DNA of 64,000 bases from an uncultured Gammaproteobacteria bacterium (GCA_964511375.1 CAZEEW010000003.1:10987-74986); one strand, 5' to 3'; shown: positions 19,024 to 28,225, counted from the first letter of the stretch. The notes: generated from the letters alone by a model not told the origin. A program made the numbers and translations.

Positions 19024-19938
19024 ATGCTTGTGGTAATTGGCCATGAAAAAAATTGGGAGTTTTTTAACCGAGCTGCTACGGAAGGGGTTTTGTCACACTC
19101 ATATATTTTTTACGGTCCAGAAAAAGTTGGCAAAAAAACCTTGGCTTTGAACATCGCCTCTCGGTTACTAAATATCCCGGTTGAAAAACTTCCAACTAAT
19201 CCGGATTTTTATTTTCTAGAACGTATTGAAGACGAAAAAACTGGCAAGTTAAAACAAGACATCTCTATCTCTCAGACCAGGCAGCTACGTGAAAGGCTGG
19301 CTAATGGTTCGTGGCTACGTGGTTACCAGGTGGTAGTAATTAACGAGGCGGAGAAGTTAAACGAAGAATCTGGGAATTCACTTTTAAAATTATTGGAAGA
19401 ACCGGGATCAAACACAATTTTTTTCTTAATCACGACCGACGGTGAGGCTGTATTGCCAACCATTCGCTCTCGATCACAATTAGTCCATTTTGGTTTGGTT
19501 AAGGAGGACGATTTAAAACAGGGATTGAATAAGTTGGGGTATAATGAGAAAAATATTTCTGAAGTTCTACCTTTGGCTGAGGGTCGACCTGGAAAGGCGA
19601 TTGAACTTTTGGAAGATGGTACTAAACTTCTAGAACTGAAAACTCGGCGTGAAATGCTGAAAAGGATGTTGACGAGTAGTTTGCAGGAAAATTTTGGAAC
19701 AGTGGAGAAAATTTTTAAAGATAAAAAGGAAATGACTCGAGAGAAAGAAATGGTCAAAGATTTAGTCGAAGACTGGCAGATAATCCTTCGCGATATGTTA
19801 TTAGGCACTGAGGCTAGTGAGACCTGGGCGCCAAGGAGAATCATTAGGGTGTTAAAGGATTTATTTGAAACAAGGATGTTGTTAAAAACTAACACTCAGC
19901 CCCGCTTACTTTTAGAACAAATAATAATCAATTTTTAG
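19024..19938 (+). CDS. holB: DNA polymerase III delta-prime subunit
   Basis: AAA+ clamp-loader fold: YIFYGPEKVGKKT, VVVINEAEKLN and the SRS motif (LPTIRSRSQ). Confidence 0.7.
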   Translation: MLVVIGHEKNWEFFNRAATEGVLSHSYIFYGPEKVGKKTLALNIASRLLNIPVEKLPTNPDFYFLERIEDEKTGKLKQDISISQTRQLRERLANGSWLRGYQVVVINEAEKLNEESGNSLLKLLEEPGSNTIFFLITTDGEAVLPTIRSRSQLVHFGLVKEDDLKQGLNKLGYNEKNISEVLPLAEGRPGKAIELLEDGTKLLELKTRREMLKRMLTSSLQENFGTVEKIFKDKKEMTREKEMVKDLVEDWQIILRDMLLGTEASETWAPRRIIRVLKDLFETRMLLKTNTQPRLLLEQIIINF

Positions 19939-19947
19939 TTTAAAACT

Positions 19948-21027
19948 ATGCCCAGAAAATATTTCTTAGGCCTGACCGTTTTATTACTGGTTATTCTAAC
20001 TGGTCAGGGGTGTATAAGCCGGGGTAACAGTGCTAAGGGCCCAATGGGTATTTATACTACAACCAACAAAGGAGATAGTTGGCAGCAGAAAGCTACGGTA
20101 TTAACTCCCCAGGGCATTAAAAGCATGGCAAGCCTGAAGGTTTACCGTGTTTTTCCCGATCCTTCTGATCCTAACGCTATTTACGTTACCTCTCGTCAAC
20201 AGGGCGTCTACTACACCTACAATCGGGGGGAAAGCTGGCAACCAATAGAAGCATTGGCCGGTCGGTTTATCTACGGCTTTGCTATTGATCCGAAAGACAA
20301 ATGTAACCTTTATGCCAGCGATGGGCCGAACATTTTTAAGTCCACGGATTGTTCACGTACTTGGAAGACGGTATATTCCGAACAGCGCCCAGATCAGCGT
20401 CTCATTGGTGTAGAAGTTGACTATGGTAATTCCAACTTAATCTATGCTGCATTAAGCGGTGGGGATGTTATGGTTAGTAATGATGGCGGCACGAAATGGC
20501 GTGTCGTTCAGCGCCTCGGTGCATATTTAAGAGATATTACTGTCGATCCCACTAAACCAAAACGTCTTTATGTCGCTACCCATAATCAAGGTCTAGTTCG
20601 TACCGACGATGCTGGGGCCAGCTGGATTAACTTAAGCACTGGTTTTAGTGGTTTCAGCGGCAGTTTGGAATATAACCGCATGAAGATTAACCCGACTAAA
20701 AAAGACAGCTTGTTTTGGCTTTCAACCTATGGTATTCTGCAATCGGATGATGCGGGTAAGACTTGGCGAGCTATTCCGCTCTTGACCCCACCAGGTAGTG
20801 TTAAAATTTATGGTTTTGCAGTCAACCCAACGAACGAGAAAGAAATGTATTACACCGGTACTGTTTTGGGGCAGGAAAATGTCCATGTTCGTTCTACTTT
20901 TTACCGTACGACCGATGGTGGTCAAAACTGGGTAACTAAGAAATTGCCAAGTAATACAATTCCTGTAATATTAGAAATTCATAGGGATAACCCTTCCATT
21001 TTATACCTCGGTTTTACTGTAATCTAA
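19948..21027 (+). CDS. secreted/lipoprotein BNR(Asp-box)-repeat beta-propeller protein
   Basis: Signal peptide ending in GC. At least seven S/T-x-D-x-G-x-T/S-W repeats. Confidence 0.6.
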   Translation: MPRKYFLGLTVLLLVILTGQGCISRGNSAKGPMGIYTTTNKGDSWQQKATVLTPQGIKSMASLKVYRVFPDPSDPNAIYVTSRQQGVYYTYNRGESWQPIEALAGRFIYGFAIDPKDKCNLYASDGPNIFKSTDCSRTWKTVYSEQRPDQRLIGVEVDYGNSNLIYAALSGGDVMVSNDGGTKWRVVQRLGAYLRDITVDPTKPKRLYVATHNQGLVRTDDAGASWINLSTGFSGFSGSLEYNRMKINPTKKDSLFWLSTYGILQSDDAGKTWRAIPLLTPPGSVKIYGFAVNPTNEKEMYYTGTVLGQENVHVRSTFYRTTDGGQNWVTKKLPSNTIPVILEIHRDNPSILYLGFTVI

Positions 21028-21044
21028 ATTAATTTAATTACATT

Positions 21045-21593
21045 ATGAATGTAAAAGATTTCCAAGGAGATTTTGAAAAAATAGTCGAGTTCTTAAAACA
21101 AGATATCGCTGGTTTGCGTACCGGTCGAGCTACTACGGCGATGGTGGACAGTATTACGGTTGAAGCCTATGGTACTAGGCAGCCGTTAAAAGCTGTTGCG
21201 TCTATTACGGTAAGTGACGCCAAGTCTTTAGCGATTGACCCCTGGGATAAAAGTCAGATTGGCGCCATTGAAAAATCTATCCGTGACTCTGGTCTTGGCA
21301 TCAATCCTATCAACGATGGCCGTATGATTCGCTTGGTCTTGCCAGACCTTACTTCAGAACGCCGCCAAGAGTTATTAAAGATTTTAAACCAAAAGTTAGA
21401 ACAAGCTCGTATTTCCGTTCGCAAAGTTCGCGAAGAAGCCCGTGACTTAATTGAGGCAGAAGAAAAAGAAGGTGGCATGAGCGAGGACGACAAATTCCGC
21501 GCTTTCGAAGACTTAGAAAAAATGGTCAAAGATTTCAATGATAAGATTAAAGAAGTTGGAGATAATAAAGAAGGGGAGATTAATACAGTTTAA
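21045..21593 (+). CDS. frr: ribosome recycling factor
   Basis: Typical RRF sequence throughout. Confidence 0.9.
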   Translation: MNVKDFQGDFEKIVEFLKQDIAGLRTGRATTAMVDSITVEAYGTRQPLKAVASITVSDAKSLAIDPWDKSQIGAIEKSIRDSGLGINPINDGRMIRLVLPDLTSERRQELLKILNQKLEQARISVRKVREEARDLIEAEEKEGGMSEDDKFRAFEDLEKMVKDFNDKIKEVGDNKEGEINTV

Positions 21594-21604
21594 AACCGAC
21601 TTGA

Positions 21605-21803
21605 CAGTAGATAGTTGAAGTAGTACGCTACTATTAGCGTTGATGAGGGAAGGCACCCTCGGAGCTAAAATAACAATAAAATACTTAAAGTGCTCGGGAT
21701 GGACTGGCTAGGTTGTTATCCTGTCTCAGCCCATCTCGGGAACTTGGGTGGAACCTCCTCTGGAAAAAACAGGGGACCCAAGGCCAAATTTTTGGCCTTT
21801 TTT
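21605..21803 (+). promoter_or_regulatory. T-box-like leader (glycine specifier GGC) upstream of glyQS
   Basis: Elements present: GA/K-turn-like tgatgag, aaggcac containing a GGC-A specifier, the T-box-like gggtggaacc, then the terminator ggccaaa-ttttt-ggcc plus a T-run just before the glyQS start. Confidence 0.4.
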
Positions 21804-21816
21804 AATTACTTAATAA

Positions 21817-23226
21817 TTGGTATACTTAACTTATACACATATGCCTAATAATGATTCTTTAGAAAAAATTGTTGCCCTCTGCAAACGTCGGGGCTTTATT
21901 TTCCCCACCGCCGAAATATATGGTGGTCTGGCGGCGAGCTATGACTACGGCCCATTGGGTGTAGAACTGAAAAACAACCTAAAAAAATCCTGGTTGAAGT
22001 TTATGGTTCAGTCCCGAAACGATGTATTGGGTTTGGATTCTTCTATCCTCACTCCTCGGATCGTTTGGGAAGCCAGTGGTCACATGCAAAGCTTTCATGA
22101 TCCTTTAGTTGAGTGTAAAGTTTGTCACCATCGTTTTCGTGCGGATCATCTCCTGGAGGCTAAAGCAGCGGAACCGGGTTATCTAAAAGAAGAGCCGGTT
22201 GATCTCAAAGATATCCCTTGTCCAGATTGCGGTGGTGAATTATCTGAACCTCGTAATTTTAATTTGCTCATGAAAACCGAACTGGGGGCAGTGGAGGGTG
22301 CAAAGGATGAAGCATATTTACGTGGTGAGACTTGTCAGGGGATTTATTACAACTTTCTAAATGTTAAAGATTCAATGCGTAAAAAATTGCCATTTGGTAT
22401 TGCCCAAGTAGGCAAAGCATTCCGTAACGAAATCACGGTTAAGAATTATATCTTCCGCACTCGTGAATTTGAACAAATGGAAATGCAATACTTTGTAAAA
22501 CCAGACGAGGCAGAAAAACATTATGATTTTTGGAAAGCCGAAGCTTGGAAGTGGTATATTAGCCTGGGGATGAAAGAAGAAAATATGCGCTGGCGCCAAC
22601 ACGCCGAAGATGAACGGGCTCATTATGCCAAAGACGCTTGGGATATTGAATATAATACGCCGTGGGCGGGTTGGAAAGAAATGAGTGGCTTACATAATCG
22701 TGGTGATTGGGATTTAAGTCGTCATAGTGAGTTTTCGAAAACTGATCTTTCTTACCACAATTTAGAAACGAACGAGAAGTTTATTCCCTACATTATCGAG
22801 GCTTCCTTTGGGTGTGACCGTAGCTTACTACTTTTTCTTGCTAGTTCTTATGAAGAAGTAGATACCAGAAGCGGTGATGAGGACGGTAAACATGAAAAGG
22901 AAATTGTTTTACGTCTACCGAAAGAATTAGCACCAATCAAAATCGCTGTATTACCATTATCCAAAAAAGAACCTTTACAGCAGTTAGCTTCGGAGATCCA
23001 GGGGTCACTATGGGGTAGGTGGATGACGCAATATGACGAAACTGGTTCGATCGGTAAGCGTTATCGCCGTCAAGATGAGATTGGTACGCCCTATTGTGTG
23101 ACAATCGATTTTGATTCTTTGGAAGATAAAAAAGTAACTGTTCGCGACCGAGACACAATGGCGCAGGATCGGGTAGATATGTCGGAGTTAAAACAATATT
23201 TTCAAGATAAGCTTGGTAATTGTTAG
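21817..23226 (+). CDS. glyQS: glycyl-tRNA synthetase, alpha2 (single-chain) type
   Basis: Class II aaRS motifs. The N-terminal region FPTAEIYGG...YDYGPLG is typical of GlyRS. Confidence 0.9.
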   Translation: MVYLTYTHMPNNDSLEKIVALCKRRGFIFPTAEIYGGLAASYDYGPLGVELKNNLKKSWLKFMVQSRNDVLGLDSSILTPRIVWEASGHMQSFHDPLVECKVCHHRFRADHLLEAKAAEPGYLKEEPVDLKDIPCPDCGGELSEPRNFNLLMKTELGAVEGAKDEAYLRGETCQGIYYNFLNVKDSMRKKLPFGIAQVGKAFRNEITVKNYIFRTREFEQMEMQYFVKPDEAEKHYDFWKAEAWKWYISLGMKEENMRWRQHAEDERAHYAKDAWDIEYNTPWAGWKEMSGLHNRGDWDLSRHSEFSKTDLSYHNLETNEKFIPYIIEASFGCDRSLLLFLASSYEEVDTRSGDEDGKHEKEIVLRLPKELAPIKIAVLPLSKKEPLQQLASEIQGSLWGRWMTQYDETGSIGKRYRRQDEIGTPYCVTIDFDSLEDKKVTVRDRDTMAQDRVDMSELKQYFQDKLGNC

Positions 23227-24526
23227 TATGTATAAAGTAAGAAAGTTAAAAAACAATTTAACTTTGATTACCATTCCGGTTAAAGGCACGGAAGCGACTA
23301 CGGTCATGGTCTTAGTTCCGGTCGGGTCTCGCTATGAAACAGCGAAATTATCTGGTGTATCGCATTTTATTGAACACATGCTTTTTAAAGGTACAAAGAA
23401 GCGACCCAATGCCTTAAACATCTCCGCAGAGTTGGAAGCTGAAGGGGCAGATTACAATGCTTTTACTGGAAAGGACTATACTTCTTTCTATGTTAAGATC
23501 GCCGCCAAAGAACAGGAAAAAGCTTTCGATATTCTTTCGGATATGCTTTTCAATTCCGAGTTTAATCCCGAAGATTTAGATAAGGAACGGGGAGTAATCG
23601 CCGAAGAAATCCGTATGTATGAAGACAATCCAACAATGGCGATTGATGCTTTGTTTGATAGTCTAATCTTTGGTGGTCATCCTTTGGGTTGGGAAATTGC
23701 CGGCACCGTTGATTCAGTTAAGCAAATGACCAGGGGGGAAGTGCTCGCGTATTATGGATCTGCCTACCGACCAGACAACATGGTATTAGTAGTTGCTGGT
23801 AAAATTGATGAAAACAAACTTAAAAAATATTTGAAATATTTTACCGAAGTAGGGAATACTAATAGTAAAGGTAAAAATATTTTAACGGCAAAAAAGTTTT
23901 TACATCACAACTGGCCTAAACAGCTGGTAAGAATAGAGGACAGGGTAAAGGTGTCTACCCGTAAAGTGGACCAATCGCATTTAATAATTGGTTTCCCTGG
24001 TATTTCCGCTAATCATCCCGATCGTTACGCTCAGGCTTTACTACTTAAGATCTTGGGTGGAGGAATGAGCTCGCGTCTTTTCCAAGAAGTGCGTGTTAAA
24101 AGAGGCTTGGCGTACATGGTTGGTGCGGGTAGTTCATCGTTTCGAGAAACTGGCTATGTTTTGGTACAGGCTGGTTTAGATAGTCGCAGATTATCTGAAG
24201 CCTTGGTGGTTATAAAAAGTGAAATAGAAAAAATAACCAAGGAATTAGTAACAGAAAAAGAACTAAGGGACGCTAAAACAAATTTTACTGGTCGTTTTAG
24301 CTTATCTATGGAAGATTCCAGTAGCCAGGCAGAATGGTTTGCTCGACAGTTCTGGTTTGCACCAAAAATTGAAACATACCAGGATGTCCTTAAGAAAATT
24401 AATAAAGTAACTAGAGAAGATATTCATCGGGTGGCCAAAAAATTATTGGATTGGAACAAATTGCACGCGGCAATGATTGGGCCTTTAACTAAGGACGAGA
24501 TAATTAAAGCCTTACCAAAAGTTTAA
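23213..24526 (+). CDS. M16 family zinc peptidase (insulinase-like)
   Basis: HxxEH motif in SHFIEHMLFKGT. Confidence 0.8.
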   Translation: MVIVSMYKVRKLKNNLTLITIPVKGTEATTVMVLVPVGSRYETAKLSGVSHFIEHMLFKGTKKRPNALNISAELEAEGADYNAFTGKDYTSFYVKIAAKEQEKAFDILSDMLFNSEFNPEDLDKERGVIAEEIRMYEDNPTMAIDALFDSLIFGGHPLGWEIAGTVDSVKQMTRGEVLAYYGSAYRPDNMVLVVAGKIDENKLKKYLKYFTEVGNTNSKGKNILTAKKFLHHNWPKQLVRIEDRVKVSTRKVDQSHLIIGFPGISANHPDRYAQALLLKILGGGMSSRLFQEVRVKRGLAYMVGAGSSSFRETGYVLVQAGLDSRRLSEALVVIKSEIEKITKELVTEKELRDAKTNFTGRFSLSMEDSSSQAEWFARQFWFAPKIETYQDVLKKINKVTREDIHRVAKKLLDWNKLHAAMIGPLTKDEIIKALPKV

Positions 24527-24543
24527 CTCTTAACTTAATCCAT

Positions 24544-25308
24544 ATGAGCACAAAAAAATATTTATTTGCCAATTGGAAGATGTATTTGGATTATAGCGAG
24601 AGTCTGTCTCTAGCTAAGGAATATGTAAAGTTAAAAAAAAATTTTAATGGGGAAGCTGAAATGACAATATTTCCTAGCCCGCTGGCCTTTAAAGGTGTAC
24701 AGGAAATTTTGGATAAAAGCGACGTCAAAATCGGTGCACAAAATGTTTACTGGGTAGATAAGGGAGGTTACACTGGCGAAGTGTCGCCTGGAATGTATAA
24801 AGCCGCGGGGGCTAATTATGTATTAGTTGGTCACTCCGAGCGTCGCCATGTGTTTGGTGAAAGTAATCATGATACCCATGAGAAAATGGAAGCGGTTTTA
24901 CAGGCTGGTTTGACGCCTTTACTATGTGTGGGAGAAACTTTAGGAGAAAGAGAGAATAACCAGGCAGGAGAAGTCGTCGAAGCCCAACTGCGAGCAGCTC
25001 TGGATGGTATTAGCTATCCCACTAATACTGAGTTATTTATTGCCTATGAACCAGTTTGGGCGATTGGTACTGGTGAATCCTGCGACGCCGCTGAGGCGGA
25101 AAAGATGCATTCTTTTATTAGTAATGCGGTTCAAGGGTTAGTATCTGATCATCCGCCAGTTATCCTTTACGGCGGAAGCGTGCGGGAAACAAATGTTATG
25201 GATTATTTGAAGTATCCGCTTGTTCACGGGGTCTTGGTCGGTGGGGCGTCGACAAAAATTGAAAGCTGGACAGAAATTGTAAAAAACGCTACAATTATAC
25301 CTCGTTAG
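24544..25308 (+). CDS. tpiA: triosephosphate isomerase
   Basis: AYEPVWAIGTG and GGSV motifs. Confidence 0.9.
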   Translation: MSTKKYLFANWKMYLDYSESLSLAKEYVKLKKNFNGEAEMTIFPSPLAFKGVQEILDKSDVKIGAQNVYWVDKGGYTGEVSPGMYKAAGANYVLVGHSERRHVFGESNHDTHEKMEAVLQAGLTPLLCVGETLGERENNQAGEVVEAQLRAALDGISYPTNTELFIAYEPVWAIGTGESCDAAEAEKMHSFISNAVQGLVSDHPPVILYGGSVRETNVMDYLKYPLVHGVLVGGASTKIESWTEIVKNATIIPR

Positions 25309-25317
25309 TCAATCTTT

Positions 25318-26220
25318 ATGATTTTTTATATCGCTCTCGGAATTGTTGTGGTGTGTCTAATAGCAGTGGGATATATTGTTGTAAGTAAGTTTCCTCAACT
25401 GGCTAATTTAGATGTAAATAATTTACCTGAAGAGAAAGAATCTAAGAAAAAGAAAGAAATACTTAATCAGCGTATTGATGAACAAGGTCGACGTTTGCAA
25501 AAACGCTTGGCCATTTGGTTTAAGCCGGTTCGACGTGGTTGGGGTTTGTTGCAGCTTAAGTTTAGAGTCTATGTAGGAAAGATGGAGCGTCTTTGGCATC
25601 ACGAGCAGCGGTTAGAAGAAAAGAAAGTGCGAGCGGAAATGAGTAGTGAAGAAAAAGTTAACCGTTTGGAAGAGATTCTAAAAGAAGCAGAAATTTGTCG
25701 GAATTCCGGTGAGTTAGATAAGGCCGAGGAACTATACATTGGCGCGATTAAAATTAAGCCAAATTCTACCGTCGCTTATCATGGTTTGGGAGAAACATAT
25801 TTAGCCAAAGAATCATTAGAAGAAGCCCGACAGACTTTCAAGTATTTGTGCCAGTTAGACAAAGATGACGAGCAAGCTTTGGTAAAGCTCGGAGAAATAG
25901 CTGAAAAAGAAGGAAAAGTGGAAAAAGCCATCGACTATTATGAGCGGGCCATAATTTTAAACGATTCTTTGTCTCCACGTTTTTACCACTTGGCCGAGCT
26001 CTTAATGAAGGTAAATCAACCGCAAGTTGCCAAAGAGGCTATAGTCCAAGCAGTGGAATTAGAACCCAAGAATCCCAAGTACCTTGACTTACTCATAGAA
26101 ATTGCTATAATATCCGCCGACAAAGCGCTGGCGGTTAAGGGCTACGATGAGTTAAGGCTTGTTAACCCTGATAACCAGAAGCTGGTCGAATTTAAAGAAA
26201 GAATAGCGGAGATTGTATAA
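25318..26220 (+). CDS. TPR-repeat protein with N-terminal TM anchor
   Basis: N-terminal TM helix followed by several 34-aa TPR-like repeats. Confidence 0.55.
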   Translation: MIFYIALGIVVVCLIAVGYIVVSKFPQLANLDVNNLPEEKESKKKKEILNQRIDEQGRRLQKRLAIWFKPVRRGWGLLQLKFRVYVGKMERLWHHEQRLEEKKVRAEMSSEEKVNRLEEILKEAEICRNSGELDKAEELYIGAIKIKPNSTVAYHGLGETYLAKESLEEARQTFKYLCQLDKDDEQALVKLGEIAEKEGKVEKAIDYYERAIILNDSLSPRFYHLAELLMKVNQPQVAKEAIVQAVELEPKNPKYLDLLIEIAIISADKALAVKGYDELRLVNPDNQKLVEFKERIAEIV

Positions 26221-26229
26221 ATAATTCTT

Positions 26230-26314
26230 GGGCAGGTACCGAAGCGGTCAAACGGGGCAGACTGTAAATCTGCTGGCTCTGCCTTCCTAGGTTCGAATCC
26301 TAGCCTGCCCACCA
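26230..26314 (+). tRNA. tRNA-Tyr(GTA), class II with long variable arm, encoded CCA
   Basis: Cloverleaf checked by hand. Anticodon stem GCAGA/TCTGC, loop CTGTAAA, T-arm CTAGG-TTCGAAT-CCTAG. Confidence 0.9.
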
Positions 26315-26324
26315 AGATAAAAAT

Positions 26325-26397
26325 GCCGCCTTAGCTCAGTTGGTAGAGCAGCACTTTTGTAAAGTGACGGTCCTGGGTTCAAGTCCCTGAGGCGGCT
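26325..26397 (+). tRNA. tRNA-Thr(TGT)
   Basis: Acceptor GCCGCCT/AGGCGGC. Anticodon loop TTTGTAA. One mismatch each in the anticodon and T stems. Confidence 0.75.
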
Positions 26398-26419
26398 CTG
26401 TGCATTAATAAGGGGTAAT

Positions 26420-26815
26420 ATGCATACAAAATTAAAAGGAGATATAGGGGAATTAGCAGTTGCTGGTGAGTTGCTTCGACTTGGGTGGAACGTTTCTTTT
26501 CCTTATGGTGAAAATTTGAAATACGATTTGATTGTTGAGAAGCAGGGGAAGATGAAGCGTGTACAGGTTAAGACAGTCATACCTAAAAATGGAGCTTTGC
26601 GGATAAATTGTCGCTCTTCAAATAATTGGACCGTTGTTCATTACAATAAAAATGATTTTGAAGTACTAGCAGTTTACGATTTAATTGCGCAAGATATATA
26701 TTTCATTCCGGTCTCAAAAATAAATAAAAGTTTGATTAATCTAAGGTTAAAGCCGGCGAAGAATTTTCAGAAGTTGAATATTAATTTAGCAAAAAGTTTT
26801 AAGAGTTTTAATTAG
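26420..26815 (+). CDS. small PD-(D/E)xK-type nuclease-like protein (Hjc/NucS-like fold), inserted between tRNA genes
   Basis: GDIGELAVAGELLRLGW...YDLIVEK...RVQVKT fits a G-x-E...D...(E/Q)-x-K arrangement. It sits where tRNA-Gly lies in the canonical thrU-tyrU-glyT-thrT cluster. Confidence 0.35.
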   Translation: MHTKLKGDIGELAVAGELLRLGWNVSFPYGENLKYDLIVEKQGKMKRVQVKTVIPKNGALRINCRSSNNWTVVHYNKNDFEVLAVYDLIAQDIYFIPVSKINKSLINLRLKPAKNFQKLNINLAKSFKSFN

Positions 26816-26816
26816 C

Positions 26817-26892
26817 GCCGTTGTAGCTCAGATGGTAGAGCGTCTCCATGGTAAGGAGAAGGTCTCGGGTTCAATTCCCGACAACGGCTCCA
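26817..26892 (+). tRNA. tRNA-Thr(GGT), encoded CCA
   Basis: Acceptor GCCGTTG/CAACGGC. Anticodon stem TCTCC/GGAGA with loop ATGGTAA. Confidence 0.85.
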
Positions 26893-26919
26893 GGTCGTTT
26901 TAAAATAATTAGGAAATCT

Positions 26920-27084
26920 ATGCCATCAAAAGAAAGAGAAAATCTAATTAAATTCGAGTGTGGCGATTGCAAACACACCAACTACTTCAGTCGTAAGAAT
27001 AAAAAGACTTTGAAGACCAGATTGCTGTTAAGCAAATATTGCAAGCATTGCAAGAAACACACCGAACATAAAGAAACCAAGTAA
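26920..27084 (+). CDS. rpmG: 50S ribosomal protein L33
   Basis: ECGDCKHTNYFSRKNKK...YCKHCKKHTEHKETK. Start trimmed to ATG 26920, which has aggaaa upstream. The longer track ORF overlaps the tRNA. Confidence 0.85.
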   Translation: MPSKERENLIKFECGDCKHTNYFSRKNKKTLKTRLLLSKYCKHCKKHTEHKETK

Positions 27085-27091
27085 CGAATGG

Positions 27092-27117
27092 GGCAGAAAT
27101 CATTTTCTGCCTCGTTT
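27092..27117 (+). terminator. rpmG terminator
   Basis: ggcagaaa-tcat-tttctgcc followed by a T-rich tail. Confidence 0.6.
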
Positions 27118-27122
27118 AATAC

Positions 27123-27193
27123 GGGGGGTTCGTATAGTGGAAGTACAGGGGTCTCCAAAACCTCTAGCGCGGGTCCGATTCCTGCACCCCCTG
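27123..27193 (+). tRNA. tRNA-Trp(CCA)
   Basis: Acceptor GGGGGGT/ACCCCCT (G1-U72). Anticodon stem GGGGT/ACCTC with loop CTCCAAA. Confidence 0.8.
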
Positions 27194-27230
27194 CAACGAA
27201 GTAAATGAATACAGATACAAAAAAACCGAG

Positions 27231-27259
27231 TTGAATACCAGCTTGGTTTTTGTTATAAT
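27231..27259 (+). promoter_or_regulatory. consensus-like sigma70 promoter
   Basis: TTGAAT-17-TATAAT, upstream of the 27283 gene. Confidence 0.55.
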
Positions 27260-27282
27260 TTCATTATCTTAATTTTTATATT

Positions 27283-27933
27283 ATGGGTCGTGAGAACAAA
27301 TTATCTAGTGGAGAATGGGTAGACCGAAATATAAACATGAGGTTTGTTGAAAAGAATAGAATTACCAGGAGACTTGCACGTATTCGATATAACCAAAAAA
27401 TTAATAATTTTTTGCGCAGGGAATTCGATGAGGAAGTTGAAAAGGCGCTGAACGCAAACGAGCTTGCTGAGAAAATATTAAACTATGTAAATACCAATAT
27501 TGGCGATAGTCATAAGTATGGTTTTTTTGGTAAGGAGATTTTAGAAAATTTGGTACATGATATATTGGAACACGGCAACTTTCCTATTAGGGTTATTGGC
27601 ACTGGTTTAAACAGAATAGTTTTTGTTTGTAAGTATGAAGGGAAATTTTATGCTTTAAAAATAGCAATTCGAAATAATGGTGTACACGATAATTCTGGCG
27701 AGGCAATACTTTGTCAGCATTCTGGTGAGCAAGATAGAAAATACTTCGCAAAGATATATGAAACTGGAGGGTGGAGGGTCGGATGGGTAATGCAGGAATT
27801 GTGCCAACCTGCCCCAGTAAATTCTATTGATGATCCGGGTTTATTTGAAGTGATTGAAAAGTATAATATTTCGGATCCACAAGGTGGTTATAATAAAGAC
27901 GGAGATTATAAGCTTTTTGATTTTGCTCACTAG
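27283..27933 (+). CDS. hypothetical protein with protein-kinase-like motifs (Gly-rich loop, YALKI, DFA at extreme C-terminus)
   Basis: GTGLNRIVFVCKYEGKFYALKIAIRN...HDN...KLFDFAH. The ORF ends right after the DFG-like motif, so it is either a very minimal kinase-like fold or a truncation. Confidence 0.3.
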   Translation: MGRENKLSSGEWVDRNINMRFVEKNRITRRLARIRYNQKINNFLRREFDEEVEKALNANELAEKILNYVNTNIGDSHKYGFFGKEILENLVHDILEHGNFPIRVIGTGLNRIVFVCKYEGKFYALKIAIRNNGVHDNSGEAILCQHSGEQDRKYFAKIYETGGWRVGWVMQELCQPAPVNSIDDPGLFEVIEKYNISDPQGGYNKDGDYKLFDFAH

Positions 27934-27950
27934 ACATTTAATATACATTT

Positions 27951-27980
27951 AAAAATCCCCGAGTTCATCGGGGATTTTGT
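27951..27980. terminator. bidirectional terminator
   Basis: aatccccga-gttca-tcggggatt. Confidence 0.6.
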
Positions 27981-28094
27981 TTAGTACTTCTTTACCGTTC
28001 GATTTCTTAAAACCTTAGTTTTCTTGGCCAAGGCTTTTCCAATCTTGGTATTCTTTTTGGAGTGCTTAATGCGGCTCTTTAAAGCAGAATTCAT
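27981..28094 (-). CDS. 37-aa highly basic protein (ribosomal-protein-like composition, weak resemblance to bS20 N-terminus)
   Basis: MNSALKSRIKHSKKNTKIGKALAKKTKVLRNRTVKKY. Not in the ORF track (<60 aa). A terminator lies immediately 3'. No SD. Confidence 0.3.
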   Translation of the reverse strand: MNSALKSRIKHSKKNTKIGKALAKKTKVLRNRTVKKY

Positions 28095-28158
28095 AGAAAT
28101 TTGGCTTAAATTTAATTAACAATAGCAGTATACACCTTTTAGCAAAAAAGATCAACCC

Positions 28159-28187
28159 TTGACAGTGCCCTAATTCTTTGCTATACT
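28159..28187 (+). promoter_or_regulatory. sigma70-like promoter of DEAD-box helicase gene
   Basis: TTGACA-17-TATACT. Confidence 0.55.
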
Positions 28188-28205
28188 GCCAAGTCTTTTA
28201 TTTAT

Positions 28206-28225
28206 GTTACAGTAATTACTGTAAC
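28206..28225 (+). promoter_or_regulatory. perfect 20-bp palindrome in helicase 5' UTR
   Basis: gttacagtaa|ttactgtaac, within a roughly 100-nt leader. Confidence 0.4.

Noticed and set aside
19323-19895. 190-aa antisense ORF within holB
   Set aside because: Embedded in a well-supported clamp-loader gene on the opposite strand. No motifs.
26848-26919. N-terminal extension of the rpmG track ORF (MVRRRSRVQFPTTAPGRFKIIRKS)
   Set aside because: It overlaps tRNA-Thr(GGT). The conserved L33 sequence begins at ATG 26920, which has its own RBS.
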